The notes beneath the pieces are model-generated. The model worked only from the letters and a program-made list of their open reading frames with translations. It was not told the DNA's origin and made no database searches. A stretch of DNA of 64,000 nt from Octopus vulgaris (taxonomy: Eukaryota), in the NCBI GenBank assembly GCA_951406725.2, contig OX597837.1:37634001-37698000 (forward strand). Direction: 5' to 3'. Shown here piece after piece: positions 36,739 to 50,626 of the stretch (positions are counted from its first letter, which is position 1; each line of letters starts with the position of its first letter). A program made the translations under genes and the position numbers.

Positions 36739-37983
36739 GACAAGTCAATCACCGACTGACACTCGCTGACGATACATCGAAGAGGCCAGGGAACAGAAGA
36801 AAGAAGACATGCACCCAATACCAGAGCTGAAGACACCTCTGAAAGGGGGGGGGGCAAGTCAAAACGGTAGAGGAGTAGGGGCCGAAACCGGACGTCGTTC
36901 CTCCTGATGATGTCTTGAGCTAACTGGATCGTATAAAGGAGCTGTTGTGATAGCAGACCACAAAACACGGTTGTAATTCCTATTGCACTGAAGTATTTCA
37001 TGGTTATTGGATTAATGATTCAGTCCAATTATTAAAGTGCTGACGTTTTTATTAGCGACCACCACACGCTAAAAGTTTACCGAGAAATAAATTATTTTGG
37101 GGTAATTGGTTGAGAAGACGTGCAATTTTTGTAGTCGAGGGTAGATTGCTGCTATTCTTTAGTAGGGGGGTTACCTGTTATAATGACAGAGTCTCCAATT
37201 ATAACGAAAATATGATGTCGGCCACTAATTGTAACGACAAGGTTTAAACGTCAAGATGCTTCGGATAAAAGATGGCGAGCTGGCAGAAACGTTAGCACGC
37301 CGGGCGAAATGCTTAGAGGCATTTCGTCTGCTGTTACGTTCTGAGTTCAAACAGCTTTTCAACTCAGCTTGGACATATATGTTTATGCGCATGCGTGTAC
37401 AAGAGAAGTATGTGAATGTTTGTATCCAATTATTTTGTACCTTAAATATATTTAATACTACAATTAGCCGTCATTATTGACGGTACGGGGCCAACTAGTT
37501 TATTATAATTATCATGTTGGTGGTAATAATATAGAAAATAGCTTTTTTTGATAGTTGTTTGCTACGTCAGGGTTCTTTCAGATAATTTGTCGAAGACGAA
37601 CGACCGATCACAGGAAAAATTGCAGGAATGTGCACCATGCAAAAATTGGAGAATGTTCAAAATTGTGATTGCAAAGTGTGCAGAATGTGGAGAGAGTGCT
37701 GTTATTGTTGGGTCCTTGGGGGGAAAGAACCAGAAGGCATCAAGAGGAATATCAAGGAAATCGGAATATTGTACCCAGTAGAACTGCAACAAAAAAGTTC
37801 GTTTCCTTGGCACGGCCAGAATCACCAGGAAAGTATTAGATAGTTCAAAAGGACAACATGGTACCGTAGGCTGCAGGCAGCATTTTCGCGGCGCATCCAA
37901 CACTCCAGAATTTCAACAAAACCTGTGTTAAAAAGAATAAGAATGAAAATAATGATGACGGTTTTAAATTTTATTATATTATA

Positions 37984-38359
37984 CTAGCAGTATCGCCCGG
38001 CGTTGCTCGGGTTTGTAAGGGAAATAACTATATAAGCATTTTTAGAGATGTAAAGTATAATAGCCATCTCAATATGGCTAACCACAAAGGGAGGGGGTGT
38101 TACTGTAGCTTTTTACGTTCTGAGATTTAATAATACATTTTTATGCCAAAAATGCATTAAAAATGGGAAAAATTGATGGTAATTTTTTTTAAAATCGTAG
38201 ACTCATCGTAGACGCGCGCTAATACCCAGAAGGGCTCGATATGAATCACGACTATAAGATACCCGGTTTTGGTTAAACTGCACCGCAAAATGTGGGAGTA
38301 GTTAGGAATCTAAATTGTAAGAGACAGACAGCACAAAACCTCACTTTTATATATAAAGA
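37984..38359 (-). mobile_element. Non-autonomous Helitron (376 bp), different internal variant
   Basis: Same termini as 31195-31590, A|T target, different internal segment. Confidence 0.85.
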
Positions 38360-38518
38360 TATGTATGTCTGTGTACACGTGCGTGCGTCTGCGTAGGTTA
38401 TTATTCAGTTTATTTCAAGATTTCTTACCAATAGAGAAAGAACCAGCCTCTAATCTGGATCCAAGGCTTCTATATTGGAATTTCAACATCAACAACAATG
38501 TATTTTTGTATATATGTA

Positions 38519-38555
<37 letters not shown>

Positions 38556-39560
38556 ATGTATGTATGTATGTATGTATGTATGTATGTATGTATGTATGTA
38601 TGTGTGTATGTGCAGATGTGTATGTTTTATGTATGTATTCTCATGCATATAGTTACATATATATATATACTTAAAGGATAAAATTCTGGAAAGTTTTAAA
38701 GATTTTTATAGTTCCAGTGATGGATTGGATCTGTAGTCTTCGAAGTAGCTTTCTCCTTTCTGGTTTTGAGAAGCCTAATTTCTCAAGATTGCTATTTAGG
38801 CAGTGTATCACATATCCCAATGCCCCCAATAATTACAGGTATAAACCTGAACTTGTAGTTTAGATAGAGTAACTGCAGATTTCTCAATAGTTCAACGTAG
38901 GCATTCTCTTTGTCACCGATCTTCAGTTTTATGCTAACATCAGCTGGTCAGCCAATTTCTGCAACTGTGCACAGTTTCTCTTCTCTATCCCAAATCATTA
39001 TATGAGGTTTGTTGTGCTTACATTTTATTTGAGGTCTTCATTGGTACATTCCACCAGTATTGCATTTTATTATGAGTGGCTATGGCTTCTACCACACGTC
39101 CTTTTCCGAGTTCAACGTCCTTTCCGAGCCATAAACGGGATAATGCTAGTTTCCTAGATCCCGTGGTGTATATGTTCTCCCAAAGTGTACAGAGATGCAC
39201 GAGGTAATGTTGGGTAGTGTTCTGAAACTTGGATATCGTGAAAAGAAATACTGGTGTTTTGCAAGATAAAGAAACACTTAATACAAAAATGTCTTCCATA
39301 ATTTCAAAGTTAAATTTTCATACGTTTTCAAATAAAATCTTTAAAACATTTTTTTTTGCGACAATTAACATATTATTAAAATCAGGGTAGCAGGTGATTT
39401 GTCAATAAACTATAGTTATGGGGTACACGATGTTAGGAAAATTCATAAACAGTTTCCTGTAGTTTAAACCTCTCCGTCTTGCAAGTGAAGAACCTTGTAT
39501 GTCCATGTTTGTAATCCGAGTCATCCAGTTGTTTGATTTCAGTGTAAAAAACAAAAGACA

Positions 39561-40481
39561 TCAATGTTGGTTGGAGGAAAGTCTTAGTTTGTTGCAACAC
39601 AAGAAATGTTTGGTGGCCTTTCGGAACTGTTTACTGCAGATATTATAGACGAAAAAATTAATGAAATAGTTGATCTTAATGAAGAAAGTTGAGAGACATT
39701 TGAGGACTTTAAATCTTTTGTGTGATTTGGACATATATTCTATGACTTTCAAAGCTACAACAGGAATATAGCAACATATAAAAAAGCCAAAAATTATCAT
39801 CATCATCTTTGCCTTGTTTATCTCGTCTGCTTCTGAATTGTTTGTTTTTGTACTGGGGCCAATCGCTCGCAACTGTTTCCTTGCTATCCACATCACCTTT
39901 ACATAAAAGAAAATAGTTATGATAATATACAGAAAGCCGGTAATAAAAACGAACGAGTTGATCCATTTTGGGTAAATGTTTTCAAATGTACAGGTCGTCA
40001 CATTTTCCCATTTCATGAAAAACGACATGGTGACCGTAACCAATATATTTCCCAACCAAGCAAGCAAAATGGCGGCGCCGGTCGTCTGCTTTGTCACGTA
40101 AATGTTATATTTAAATGGCATAACTACTGCAATGTACCGTTCAATGGAGAGCAACGTTAGATTGCTGAGAGACAAGTAGGCCGCACAGAAATTTGTTGAT
40201 AATACTAAAATACAAAACGATCTTGAGGTACCATTTGAGTATTTGATGGTGACTGCTGGCATCAGGGCTAACATTCCGTATGCAATGTCGCCTGAGGCAA
40301 GGCTCGCTACGAACATATTGGTGTAATTTCGTAATGTTGGGTACTTGAAAATACAAATAACTGTGAGGAGGTTGAAGAAAACTATGGGAAACAAAATTAC
40401 TATCTCAAATGTTTCATTGATATCGTGCATTGGATTGAACGAACAGCGATAGTGAAGCGTGTATGAAGTGGTGTTTTCCAT
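39561..40481 (-). CDS. Intronless class A GPCR, paralogue 4 (306 aa)
   Basis: Intact ORF with the same motifs; most divergent in ECL1 and TM4/ECL2. Confidence 0.92.
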   Translation of the reverse strand: MENTTSYTLHYRCSFNPMHDINETFEIVILFPIVFFNLLTVICIFKYPTLRNYTNMFVASLASGDIAYGMLALMPAVTIKYSNGTSRSFCILVLSTNFCAAYLSLSNLTLLSIERYIAVVMPFKYNIYVTKQTTGAAILLAWLGNILVTVTMSFFMKWENVTTCTFENIYPKWINSFVFITGFLYIIITIFFYVKVMWIARKQLRAIGPSTKTNNSEADEINKAKMMMIIFGFFICCYIPVVALKVIEYMSKSHKRFKVLKCLSTFFIKINYFINFFVYNICSKQFRKATKHFLCCNKLRLSSNQH

Positions 40482-40621
40482 GGTTGTTCAAAGATGTACA
40501 AAGATACTTTCCTATACATATGCATATATATATATATACTAATTCATATATGCTAATACATCTGTTTGTTTTGTACACCACCTATCTTCGTCTTTTTTTT
40601 CGTGAACTCTCCCCCTATACA

Positions 40622-40652
<31 letters not shown>

Positions 40653-41408
40653 TTTTCGAGAGAGGGAGATATAAATCATGTATGTTTGCACGTATATACA
40701 TACATTTATACGTTCATGAATGATTGTGGGTGACTATGTAATACGTATGTGTGCATATGTTGTAAAATAGCTGATTCGTTCCTTTTTAATTCAAGAATCA
40801 ATCAATTAGTTTAGGAACACCTGAGTCCAATAATTTCAGAGAAATTTAATTAAAATATTTACTTAATCTCGTTTCGAAAAATGTTGAGAACAATCTATAT
40901 AATGTTCTTTGAAATTTAATAAGGTTTAATATGTACTTAATTAGTTTTGATGAGTTTTGTTTAAGCAGACGACAGACATCATTGACCTTGTTCCATATTC
41001 CCTGAATGAAACTTCCTCTCTCTTTCTCTTTCTTACACACACACATACACACACATACACATACACACACACATACACACGCACACACGCGCGCACGCAT
41101 GATTTATATGTACGCCCCCGATCACACACACATATTTCTCCCTTCGCTGTTTTGTTTCCGTAACCTATTAACCTTTTCACTCTAGCGAAGTATAAAATTT
41201 ATGCGAGATGACGAAAGCGTGAAAGGAATTTAATAATCGTTTCAAATTTTGGAACAAGGCCAAAAATTTGTGTTGGAAAAGTCAGTTGCACAGACACCAG
41301 TGTTCAACTGGTATTTTATTTTATCAACCCTGAAATAATGAAAGGTAGAGTCAATATCAGCAGAATTTGAACCCAGAACATCCGGAAGAAATGCTGCTAT
41401 GCATTTTG

Positions 41409-41824
41409 GGATCTTTTCGGTTTGAACGGCAGTTTTTTTCTAGTGGTGTCATATGAAATTGTCACCCATAATTATGACCCTAATATCGATCTATTGCATT
41501 TCAATCTATTTTAGGGTTAGTGTTAGGGGTGGGGGAAGGGTATCTTTTTTTTCTTCAGAAATGTAAATAAACCCAATCTGTTTCTTAAACGAGGGACATA
41601 TTCATACGGCACAGAATGTTTTCATTTCAATAGACGTCATTGATTGGTTGAACTTGCAGAAATTGAAGAAAAACAACAACAAATCTTACAAACTATAGAA
41701 TTTTCTAAATAAAGCCAAGAGAAAATGATGTTTTATAAACACATTCTACCAGTATACGAAGTTTAAAAGTGTTTAGTTACGTGGAAATTATTTTAAAAAA
41801 CTGCCGTTCAAACAGAAAAGATCC
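41409..41824. mobile_element. Merlin-like MITE
   Basis: Both TIRs present; perfect 8-bp TSD gcattttg; inserted in an old family A SINE. Confidence 0.85.
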
Positions 41825-42330
41825 GCATTTTGTTCAATTTGCTAACGATAACGACTGTCAATTTTCAGTGGAAGGAAGTTAATAAGGCGTACCCACCCCT
41901 ACAAAGAGATGTGGCATAGACGACTTCAAAGAGGCAGTTTCCGGTTGCAAAATACGATATTGTTAATAATTTTCGAATAATTAACATTCTTTTTTAAGGC
42001 AGTATGTAATCTTTGTAATTTGTTACAAACTTTTGAGGCATACTTGCACAAATGTAACCCTCCGATTTCGTTTCATCACTGTTGTTGTTATATATATATA
42101 ATGTATTGAGTATTAAAGGAAGTAGTGAGTACTTAGTATGAAAGATTAAGAAAATGAGAGAGACTGAAAAAACGTGTTAACGATACGAGATACTTTATTA
42201 GACTGCCGTTGTTGTACAAGATATTTGTTGTGGCGGGAAACTTACTGAATCTCCTTGTATCAAGGGAGACAATGGGCAACGTTGATTGTTCATGTTTGTT
42301 GTGATGATTACATAACAATCACTACTTCCA

Positions 42331-42704
42331 CTTTCGGTTTGAGCGGCAGTTTTTAACAATTTCTAGGTAACTAGAATGTGTCCATAAAACATCTTTTTCT
42401 CTTGGCTTTATTGAGAAGATTCTATAGTTTGTAAGATATTTGTTGTTTTCTTTCTTCAATTTCTACAATTTCAACCAATCAATGACGTCTATTGAGGTGA
42501 AAACATTCTGTGAAGTATGAATATGTCCCTCGTTTAAGAAACAGACTGGGTTTATTTACACAGATTGGGTTTATTGTGAAGGAAAAAAGATACCCTTCCC
42601 CACCCCTAACCCTAACCCTAAAATAGATTGAAAGGCAATAGATCGATACTAGGGTCATAAAAATGGGTGACAATTTCATATGCCGTTCAAACCAAAAAGA
42701 TACC
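42331..42704. mobile_element. Merlin-like MITE, diverged, inverted relative to 41409-41824
   Basis: ctttcggtttgagcggcagt...ccctaaccctaaccctaaa...tgccgttcaaaccaaaaagatacc. Confidence 0.75.
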
Positions 42705-42887
42705 ATATTTTTTAATGAAATTTCCTACAAATATGCTTCAGATGGTGTAGATTCCGATTTTATCGGAATTTGTTGTGAACAAATTTTCTGAGAGAAGTTT
42801 CAGGAAGTTCACACGAGTCAGATTTGTTCTTTTGGGAATTATGGGTACTTTTTATTGAAATTTTCTACAAATTCATTTCAGATGAAC

Positions 42888-45800
42888 ACTTTGTGATTTT
42901 GGCACCGCTGGCCTTGTGATTTTTCGAAAATTTTGCCCAAAAATTTTTCAAAAATTTTCACCGAAAATTTTGCCTAATAATTTTTTCGAAATTTTCACCG
43001 AAAATTTTGCCCAAAAATTTTTCGAAAATTTTCACCGAAAATTTTCTCGATAAATTTTTCGAAAATTTTCTCGATAAATTTTTCGAAAATTTTCACCGAA
43101 AATTTTTGCCGAAAATTTTTCCCAAAAAATTTTTCGAAAATTTTCACCGAAAATTTTGCCCAAAAATTTTTCGAAAATTTTCCCCAAAAATTTTTCGAAA
43201 ATTTTACCAAAAATTTTTCGAAAATTTTCACCGAAAATTTTACCAAAAAATTTTTCGAAAATTTTCTCGATAACTTTTTCGAAAATTTTGCCCAAAAATT
43301 TTTTCGAAAATTTTCACCGAAAATTTTACCCAAAAATTTTTCGAAAATTTTCGAAAATTTTTGCCGAAAATTTTCCCAGAAAATTTTTCGAAAATTGGCA
43401 CCCCTGGCTTTCCATACTTTCTGATTTTGGCACCGCTGGCCTTCCATACATTGTGATTTTGGCACCGCTGCCCTTCCATACTTTGTGATTTTGGCACCGC
43501 TGGCCTTCCATACTTTGCGATTTCGGCACCACTGGCCTTCCATACTTTGGGATTTTGGCATCGCTGTCCTTCCATAGTTTGTGATTTTGGCACCGCTGGC
43601 CTTGTGATTTTTCCAAAATTTTCACCAAAAATTTTGCCCAAAAATTTTTCGAAAATTTTCACCGAAAATTTTGCCCAAAAATTTCTCGAAAATTTTCACC
43701 GAAAATTTTCCCCAAAAATTTTTGCCGAAAATTTTTCGAAAATTTTCACCAAAAATTTTCCCCAAAAATTTTCCCCAAGAATTTTTCGAAAATTTTGCCC
43801 AAAAATTTTTCGAAAATTTTACCGAAAAATTTTTGCCGAAAATTTTGCCCAAAAATTTTGCCGAATATTTTTCGAAAATTTTCACCAAAAATTTTCCCAA
43901 AAATTTTTCGAATATTTTCACCAAAAATTTTGCCCAAAAATTTTTCGAAAATTTTCACCGAAAATTTTCTCGATAAATTTTTCGAAAATTTTCCCGAAAA
44001 TTTTGCCAAAAAATTTTTCAAAAATTTTCACCGAAAATTTTCCCCAAAATTTTTCGAAAATTTTCCCCGAAAATTTTTCGAAAATTGGCACCCCTGGCTT
44101 TCCATACTTTCTGATTTTGGCACCGCTGGCCTTCCATACTTTGTGATTTTGGCACCGCTGCCCTTCCATACTTTGTGATTTTGGCACCGCTGGCCTTCCA
44201 TACTTTGCGATTTCGGCACCACTGGCCTTCCATACTTTGGGATTTTGGCATCGCTGTCCTTCCATAGTTTGTGATTTTTCCAAATTTGATTTTTCCAAAA
44301 TTTTCACTGAATATTTTACCCTAAAATTTTTCTAAAATTTTCACCAAAAATTTTCCCAAAAATTTTTCGAATATTTTCACCAAAAATTTTGCCCAAAAAT
44401 TTTTCGAAAATTTTCACCGAAAATTTTGCCCAAAAATTTCTCGAAAATTTTCACCGAAAATTTTCACCGAAAATTTTGCCCAAAAATTTCTCGAAAATTT
44501 TCACCGAAAATTTTACCAAAAATTTTTGCCGAAAATTTTCCCCAAAAATTTTTGTCGAAAATTTTTCGAAAATTTTCACCAAAAATTTTGCCCAAAAATT
44601 TTTCAAATATTTTCACCAAAAATTTTGCCCAAAATTTTTCGAAAATTTTCACCGAAAATTTTGCCCAAATTTTTCGAAAATTTTCACCTGAAAATTTGTA
44701 CCAAAAAATTTTTGCCGAAAATTTTCCCCAAAAATTTTTGCCGAAAATTTTTCGAAAATTTTCCCCAAAAATTTTTCGAATATTTTCACCAAAAATTTTG
44801 CCCAAAAATTTTTCGAAAATTTTCACCGAAAATTTTGCCCAAAAATTTTTCGAAAATTTTCACCGAAAACTTTGCCAAAAAATTTTTGCCGAAAATTTTC
44901 CCCAAAAATTTTTCAAATATTTTCACCAAAAATTTTGCCCAAAAATTTTTCGAAAATTTTCACCGAAAATTTTGCCCAAAAATTTTTCGAAAATTTTCAC
45001 CGAAAATTTTACCAAAAAATTTTTGCCGAAAATTTTCCCCAAAAATTTTTGCCGAAAATTTTTCGAAAATTTTCCCCAAAAATTTTTCGAATATTTTCAC
45101 CAAAAATTTTGCCCAAAAATTTTTCGAAAATTTTCACCGAAAATTTTGCCCAAAAATTTTTCGAAAATTTTCACCGAAAACTTTGCCAAAAAATTTTTGC
45201 CGAAAATTTTTCGAAAATTTTCACCAAAAATTTTCCCCAAAAATTTTTCGAATATTTTCACCAAAAATTTTGCCCAAAAATTTTTCGAAAATTTTCACCG
45301 AAAATTTTGCCCAAAAATTTTTCGAAAATTTTCACCGAAAATTTTACCAAAAAATTTTTGCCGAAAATTTTCCCCAAAAATTTTTGCCGAAAATTTTTCG
45401 AAAATTTTCCCCAAAAATTTTTCGAATATTTTCACCAAAAATTTTGCCCAAAAATTTTTCGAAAATTTTCACCGAAAATTTTGCCCAAAAATTTTTCGAA
45501 AATTTTCACCGAAAACTTTGCCAAAAAATTTTTGCCGAAAATTTTTCGAAAATTTTCACCAAAAATTTTCCCCAAAAATTTTTCGAATATTTTCACCAAA
45601 AATTTTGCCCAAAAATTTTTAGAAAATTTTCACCGAAAATTTTACCAAAAAATTTTTCGAAAATTTTCTCGATAAATTTTTCGAAAATTTTGCCCAAAAA
45701 TTTTTTCGAAAATTTTCATTGAAAATTTTACCCGAAAATTTTTCGAAAATTTTCCCCGAAAATTTTCCCCGAAAATTTTTCGAAAATTGGCACCCCTGGC

Positions 45801-48508
45801 TTTCCATACTTTCTGATTTTGGCACCGCTGGCCTTCCATACATGTGATTTTGGCACCGCTGCCCTTCCATACTTTGTGATTATGGCACTGCTGGCCTTCC
45901 ATACTTTGTGATTTTGGCACCGCTGGCCTTCCATACTTTGCGATTTCGGCACCACTGGCCTTCCATAGTTTGTGATTTTGGCATCGCTGTCCTTCCATAG
46001 TTTGTGATTTTGGCACCGCTGGCCTTGTGATTTTTCCAAAATTTTCACTGAATATTTTACCCTAAAATTTTTCGAAAATTTTCACCAAAAATTTTGCCCA
46101 AAAATTTTTCGAATATTTTCACCAAAAATTTTGCCCAAAAATTTTTCGAAAATTTTCACCGAAAATTTTGCCCAAAAATTTTTCGAAAATTTTCACCGAA
46201 AACTTTGCCAAAAAATTTTTGCCGAAAATTTTTCGAAAATTTTCACCAAAAATTTTCCCCAAAAATTTTTCGAATATTTTCACCAAAAATTTTGCCCAAA
46301 AATTTTTCGAAAATTTTCACCGAAAATTTTGCCCAAAAATTTTTCGAAAATTATCACCGAAAATTTTACCAAAAAATTTTTGCCGAAAATTTTCCCCAAA
46401 AATTTTTGCCGAAAATTTTTCGAAAATTTTCCCCAAAAATTTTTCGAATATTTTCACCAAAAATTTTGCCCAAAAATTTTTCGAAAATTTTCACCGAAAA
46501 TTTTGCCCAAAAATTTTTCGAAAATTTTCACCGAAAACTTTGCCAAAAAATTTTTGCCGAAAATTTTTCGAAAATTTTCACCAAAAATTTTCCCCAAAAA
46601 TTTTTCGAATATTTTCACCAAAAATTTTGCCCAAAAATTTTTAGAAAATTTTCACCGAAAATTTTACCAAAAAATTTTTCGAAAATTTTCTCGATAAATT
46701 TTTCGAAAATTTTGCCCAAAAATTTTTTCGAAAATTTTCATTGAAAATTTTACCCGAAAATTTTTCGAAAATTGGCACCCCTGGCTTTCCATACTTTCTG
46801 ATTTTGGCACCGCTGGCCTTCCATACATGTGATTTTGGCACCGCTGCCCTTCCATACTTTGTGATTATGGCACTGCTGGCCTTCCATACTTTGTGATTTC
46901 GGCACCGCTGGCCTTCCATACTTTGTGATTTTGGCACCGCTGGCCTTCCATACTTTGCGATTTCGGCACCACTGGCCTTCCATAGTTTGTGATTTTGGCA
47001 TCGCTGTCCTTCCATAGTTTGTGATTTTGGCACCGCTGGCCTTGTGATTTTTCCAAAATTTTCACTGAATATTTTACCCTAAAATTTTTCGAAAATTTTC
47101 ACCAAAAATTTTGCCCAAAAATTTTGCCAAAAAAATTTTTCGAAAATTTTCACCGAAAATTTTGCCCAAAAATTTCTCAAAAATTTTCACCGAAAATTTT
47201 ACCAAAAAATTTTTGCCGAAAATTTTCCCCAAAAATTTTTGCCGAAAATTTTTCGAAAATTTTCCCCGAAAATTTTGCCAAAAAATTAAAAAAAAATTTT
47301 CACCGAAAATTTTCCCCCAAAATTTTTCGAGAATTTTACCAAAAAATTTTTCGAAAATTTTCACCGAAAATTTTACCAAAAACTTTTCGAAAATTTTCTC
47401 GATAAATTTTTCGAAAATTTTGCCCAAAAATTTTTCGAAAATTTTCACCGAAAATTTTACCCAAAAATTTTTCGAAAATTTTCCCAGAAAATTTTTCGAA
47501 AATTGGCACCCCTGGCTTTCCATACTTTCTGATTTTGGCACCGCTGGCCTTCCATACTTTGTGATTTTGGCACCGCTGCCCTTCCATACTTTGTGATTTT
47601 GGCACCGCTGCCCTTCCATACTTTGTGATTTTGGCACTGCTGGCCTTCCATACTTTGTGATTTTGGCACTGCTGGCCTTCCATACTTTGCGATTTCGGGA
47701 CCACTGGCCTTCCATACTTTGTGATTTTGGCATCGCTGTCCTTCCATAGTTTGTGATTTTGGCACCGCTGGCCTTGTGATTTTTCCAAAATTTTACCCTA
47801 AAGTTTTTCGAAATTTTCACAGAAAATTTTCCCCAAAAATTTTTCGAAAGTTTTACCAAAAAATTTTTCGAAAATTTTCACCGAAAATTTTCTCGATAAA
47901 TTTTTCGAAAATTTTCCCCGAAAATTTTGCCCAAAAATTTTTCGAAAATTTTCAACGAAAATTTTCCCCAAAAATTTTTAGAAAATTTTCACCAAAAATT
48001 TTTCGAATATTTTCACCAAAAATTTTGTCCAAAAATTTTCACCAAAAATTTTTCGAAAATTTTCACCGAAAATTTTGCCCAAAAATTTTTCGAAAATTTT
48101 CACCGAAAATTTTACCAAAAAATTTTTCGAAAATTTTCCCCCAAAATTTTTCGAAAATTTTCACCGAAAAGTTTACCAAAAAATTTTTCGAAAATTTTCA
48201 CCGAAAATTTTTCGAAAATTTCCCCGAAAATTTTCTCGATAAATTTTTCGAAAATTTTCACCGAAAATTTTGCCCAAAAATTTTTCGAAAATTTTGCCCA
48301 AAAATTTTTCGAAAGTTTTCACCGAAAATTTTCCCCAAAATTTTTCGAAAATTTTCACCGAAAATTTTGCCCAAAATTTTCCCCAAAATTTTTCGAAAAT
48401 TTTACCAAAATATTTTTCGAAAATTTTCACCGAAAATTTTCTCCAAAAATTTTTCGAAAATTTGCACTGAAAATTTTCCCCAAAAATTTTGCCCAAAAAT
48501 TTTTCGAA
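42888..48508. repeat. Composite satellite: 12-13-bp AAAATTTT-core units interleaved with five blocks of a 32-bp minisatellite
   Basis: Units such as cgaaaattttcac, cgaaaattttgcc and caaaaattttt. The 32-mer gattttggcaccgctggccttccatactttgt forms blocks starting at 43395, 44085, 45787, 46772 and 47503. Confidence 0.95.
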
Positions 48509-48755
48509 GCAATGTCCGAGTCTCTATTTGTTCTCCGGCAATGTTTATTCAGATGCATTTTGTGATGTCGGGCACGAAAATACCTTAAGCTAAGCCAGAA
48601 AGCAATGAAGTCATAAAAGAATCATCCATAACTTGCAGTAAGCAGCATTTATTAAACGTTATTACTGTTATTTCTTTATTTTCTGCAAACAAAATGCATG
48701 AAAAAGCTACACGGTTGCATTATGTGATATATATAATAATAATAATAAAGGACAT

Positions 48756-48922
48756 TACCGTATACATTTTTACAAACCAAGGACCTTATATAGACCTCCT
48801 TGACTCAAGTTAGAGAAGGGGTGCGTATTATACTCAAGGTTTAGGTTTTTCAGAGGTACAGCCCCCTAAAAATCCCCTGCCTATTATACTCAAGGGTGGA
48901 CTATACTCGAGGATTTACGGTA
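48756..48922. mobile_element. Tc1/mariner (pogo/Tigger-like) MITE remnant
   Basis: Ends taccgta / tacggta; subterminal repeats tatactc(a/g)ag. Confidence 0.5.
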
Positions 48923-49087
48923 TCTGTAAAACTAGTTTTTAGATATCGAATGGTTATGGGAGCCCACAGAATAAAATAGTAATGAAAGGGTCCATAGATA
49001 AAAAACGGTTGAGAACCCTTGCTTTAGATCTATGTATTTGTATGTATTGCAAGAAACAGGTAGATTTCTTTCTCTAATATGTAACAT

Positions 49088-49258
49088 GGCGTAGGAGTGG
49101 CTGTGTGGCAAGTAGCTTGCTTACGAACCACATGGTCCTGGGTTCAGTCCCACTGCATGGCACCTTGGGCAAGTGTCTAATACTATAGCTTCGGGCCGAC
49201 CAAAGCCTTGTGAGTGGATTTGGTAGACGGAAACTGAAAGAAGCCAGTCGTATATATG

Positions 49259-49323
<65 letters not shown>

Positions 49324-49343
49324 TTATATATATATATTTATAA

Positions 49344-49402
<59 letters not shown>

Positions 49403-49604
49403 TGTGCCTGTGTTTGTCCCCCTAGCATTGCTTGACAATCGATGCTGGTGTGTTTACTTAGGGGTTCGGCGAAAGAGAACCGATAGAATAAGTCCTAGGC
49501 TTACAAAGAATAAGTCCTGGGGTCGATTTGCTCGACTAAAGGCGGTGCTCCAGCATGGCCACAGTCAAATGACTGAAACAAGTAAAAGAGTAAAAGATTA
49601 AAGA
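49088..49604 (+). mobile_element. SINE family C, full length
   Basis: Complete head ggcgtaggagtggctg; expanded internal (TA)n(TG)n; flanking gtaacat repeat. Confidence 0.9.
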
Positions 49605-50192
49605 GTAACATAGTCCCAACCGTTAACGTGTGAAAAACAAAATAAGGGCTTTGAAAGAAGATTCTATAAAACTAGTTTTTAAATGACGAATGGTTATAGG
49701 GGTCCACCAGAATAGTACTCAAAAATAGTAATCAAAAATAGTAATCAAAGGGTCCCTAGATAAAAAATTGTTGAGAACCCCCACTTCAAAACTTCCATGC
49801 CTCCTGGGATTTGCTAACAGTACACCTGATACACTCCAACTTATTTTTTAATGGCTTATTCACTGTTCACTTCTTGAGAATCATTCTATATGTTGTTCAT
49901 GCACTTTTAGCTACTTTTCCTGATGAGTTGCCATACACTGCATATAATAAGTTCATTATTATTGTACATACATACAGACATACGCAGCAGCGTTTAAAAT
50001 GGGGATAAGCAGAATAAAGCAATAAATTGCTGTTTAATGACAACACCCAAACAAACAACAAGACCAATGACAACAACAACAACAACAACAGCGTCCAATA
50101 ATGTGATGTGTGTTACATTAAAAATCTAATCAACGATATGTCTAATTAAATTTAAACAATTAATCAGACTCCACTATCACTGCATATATATG

Positions 50193-50224
<32 letters not shown>

Positions 50225-50270
50225 TGTATGTATGTATGTATGTATGTATGTATGTATGTATGTATGTATG

Positions 50271-50396
<126 letters not shown>

Positions 50397-50549
50397 CACA
50401 CATACACCGACACATACACACACAGACAGACACACACACACACACACATACATAAAGAGGGAGAGAGAGAGGGGGGGAGTATATAACAAAAGGAAGAAGA
50501 TTAATAAATCTGGGCAGATATATATAGTATGTATGTATGCACATACACA

Positions 50550-50626
<77 letters not shown>

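Noticed and set aside
43395-47785. CRISPR-like appearance of the 32-bp repeats
   Set aside because: Units are directly tandem with no unique spacers, there are no cas genes, and the context is eukaryotic.
42995-48588. Long K/F/N/I-rich ORFs of up to 398 aa
   Set aside because: They are open in most frames on both strands because the satellite lacks TpA and so lacks most stop codons; no coding signature.
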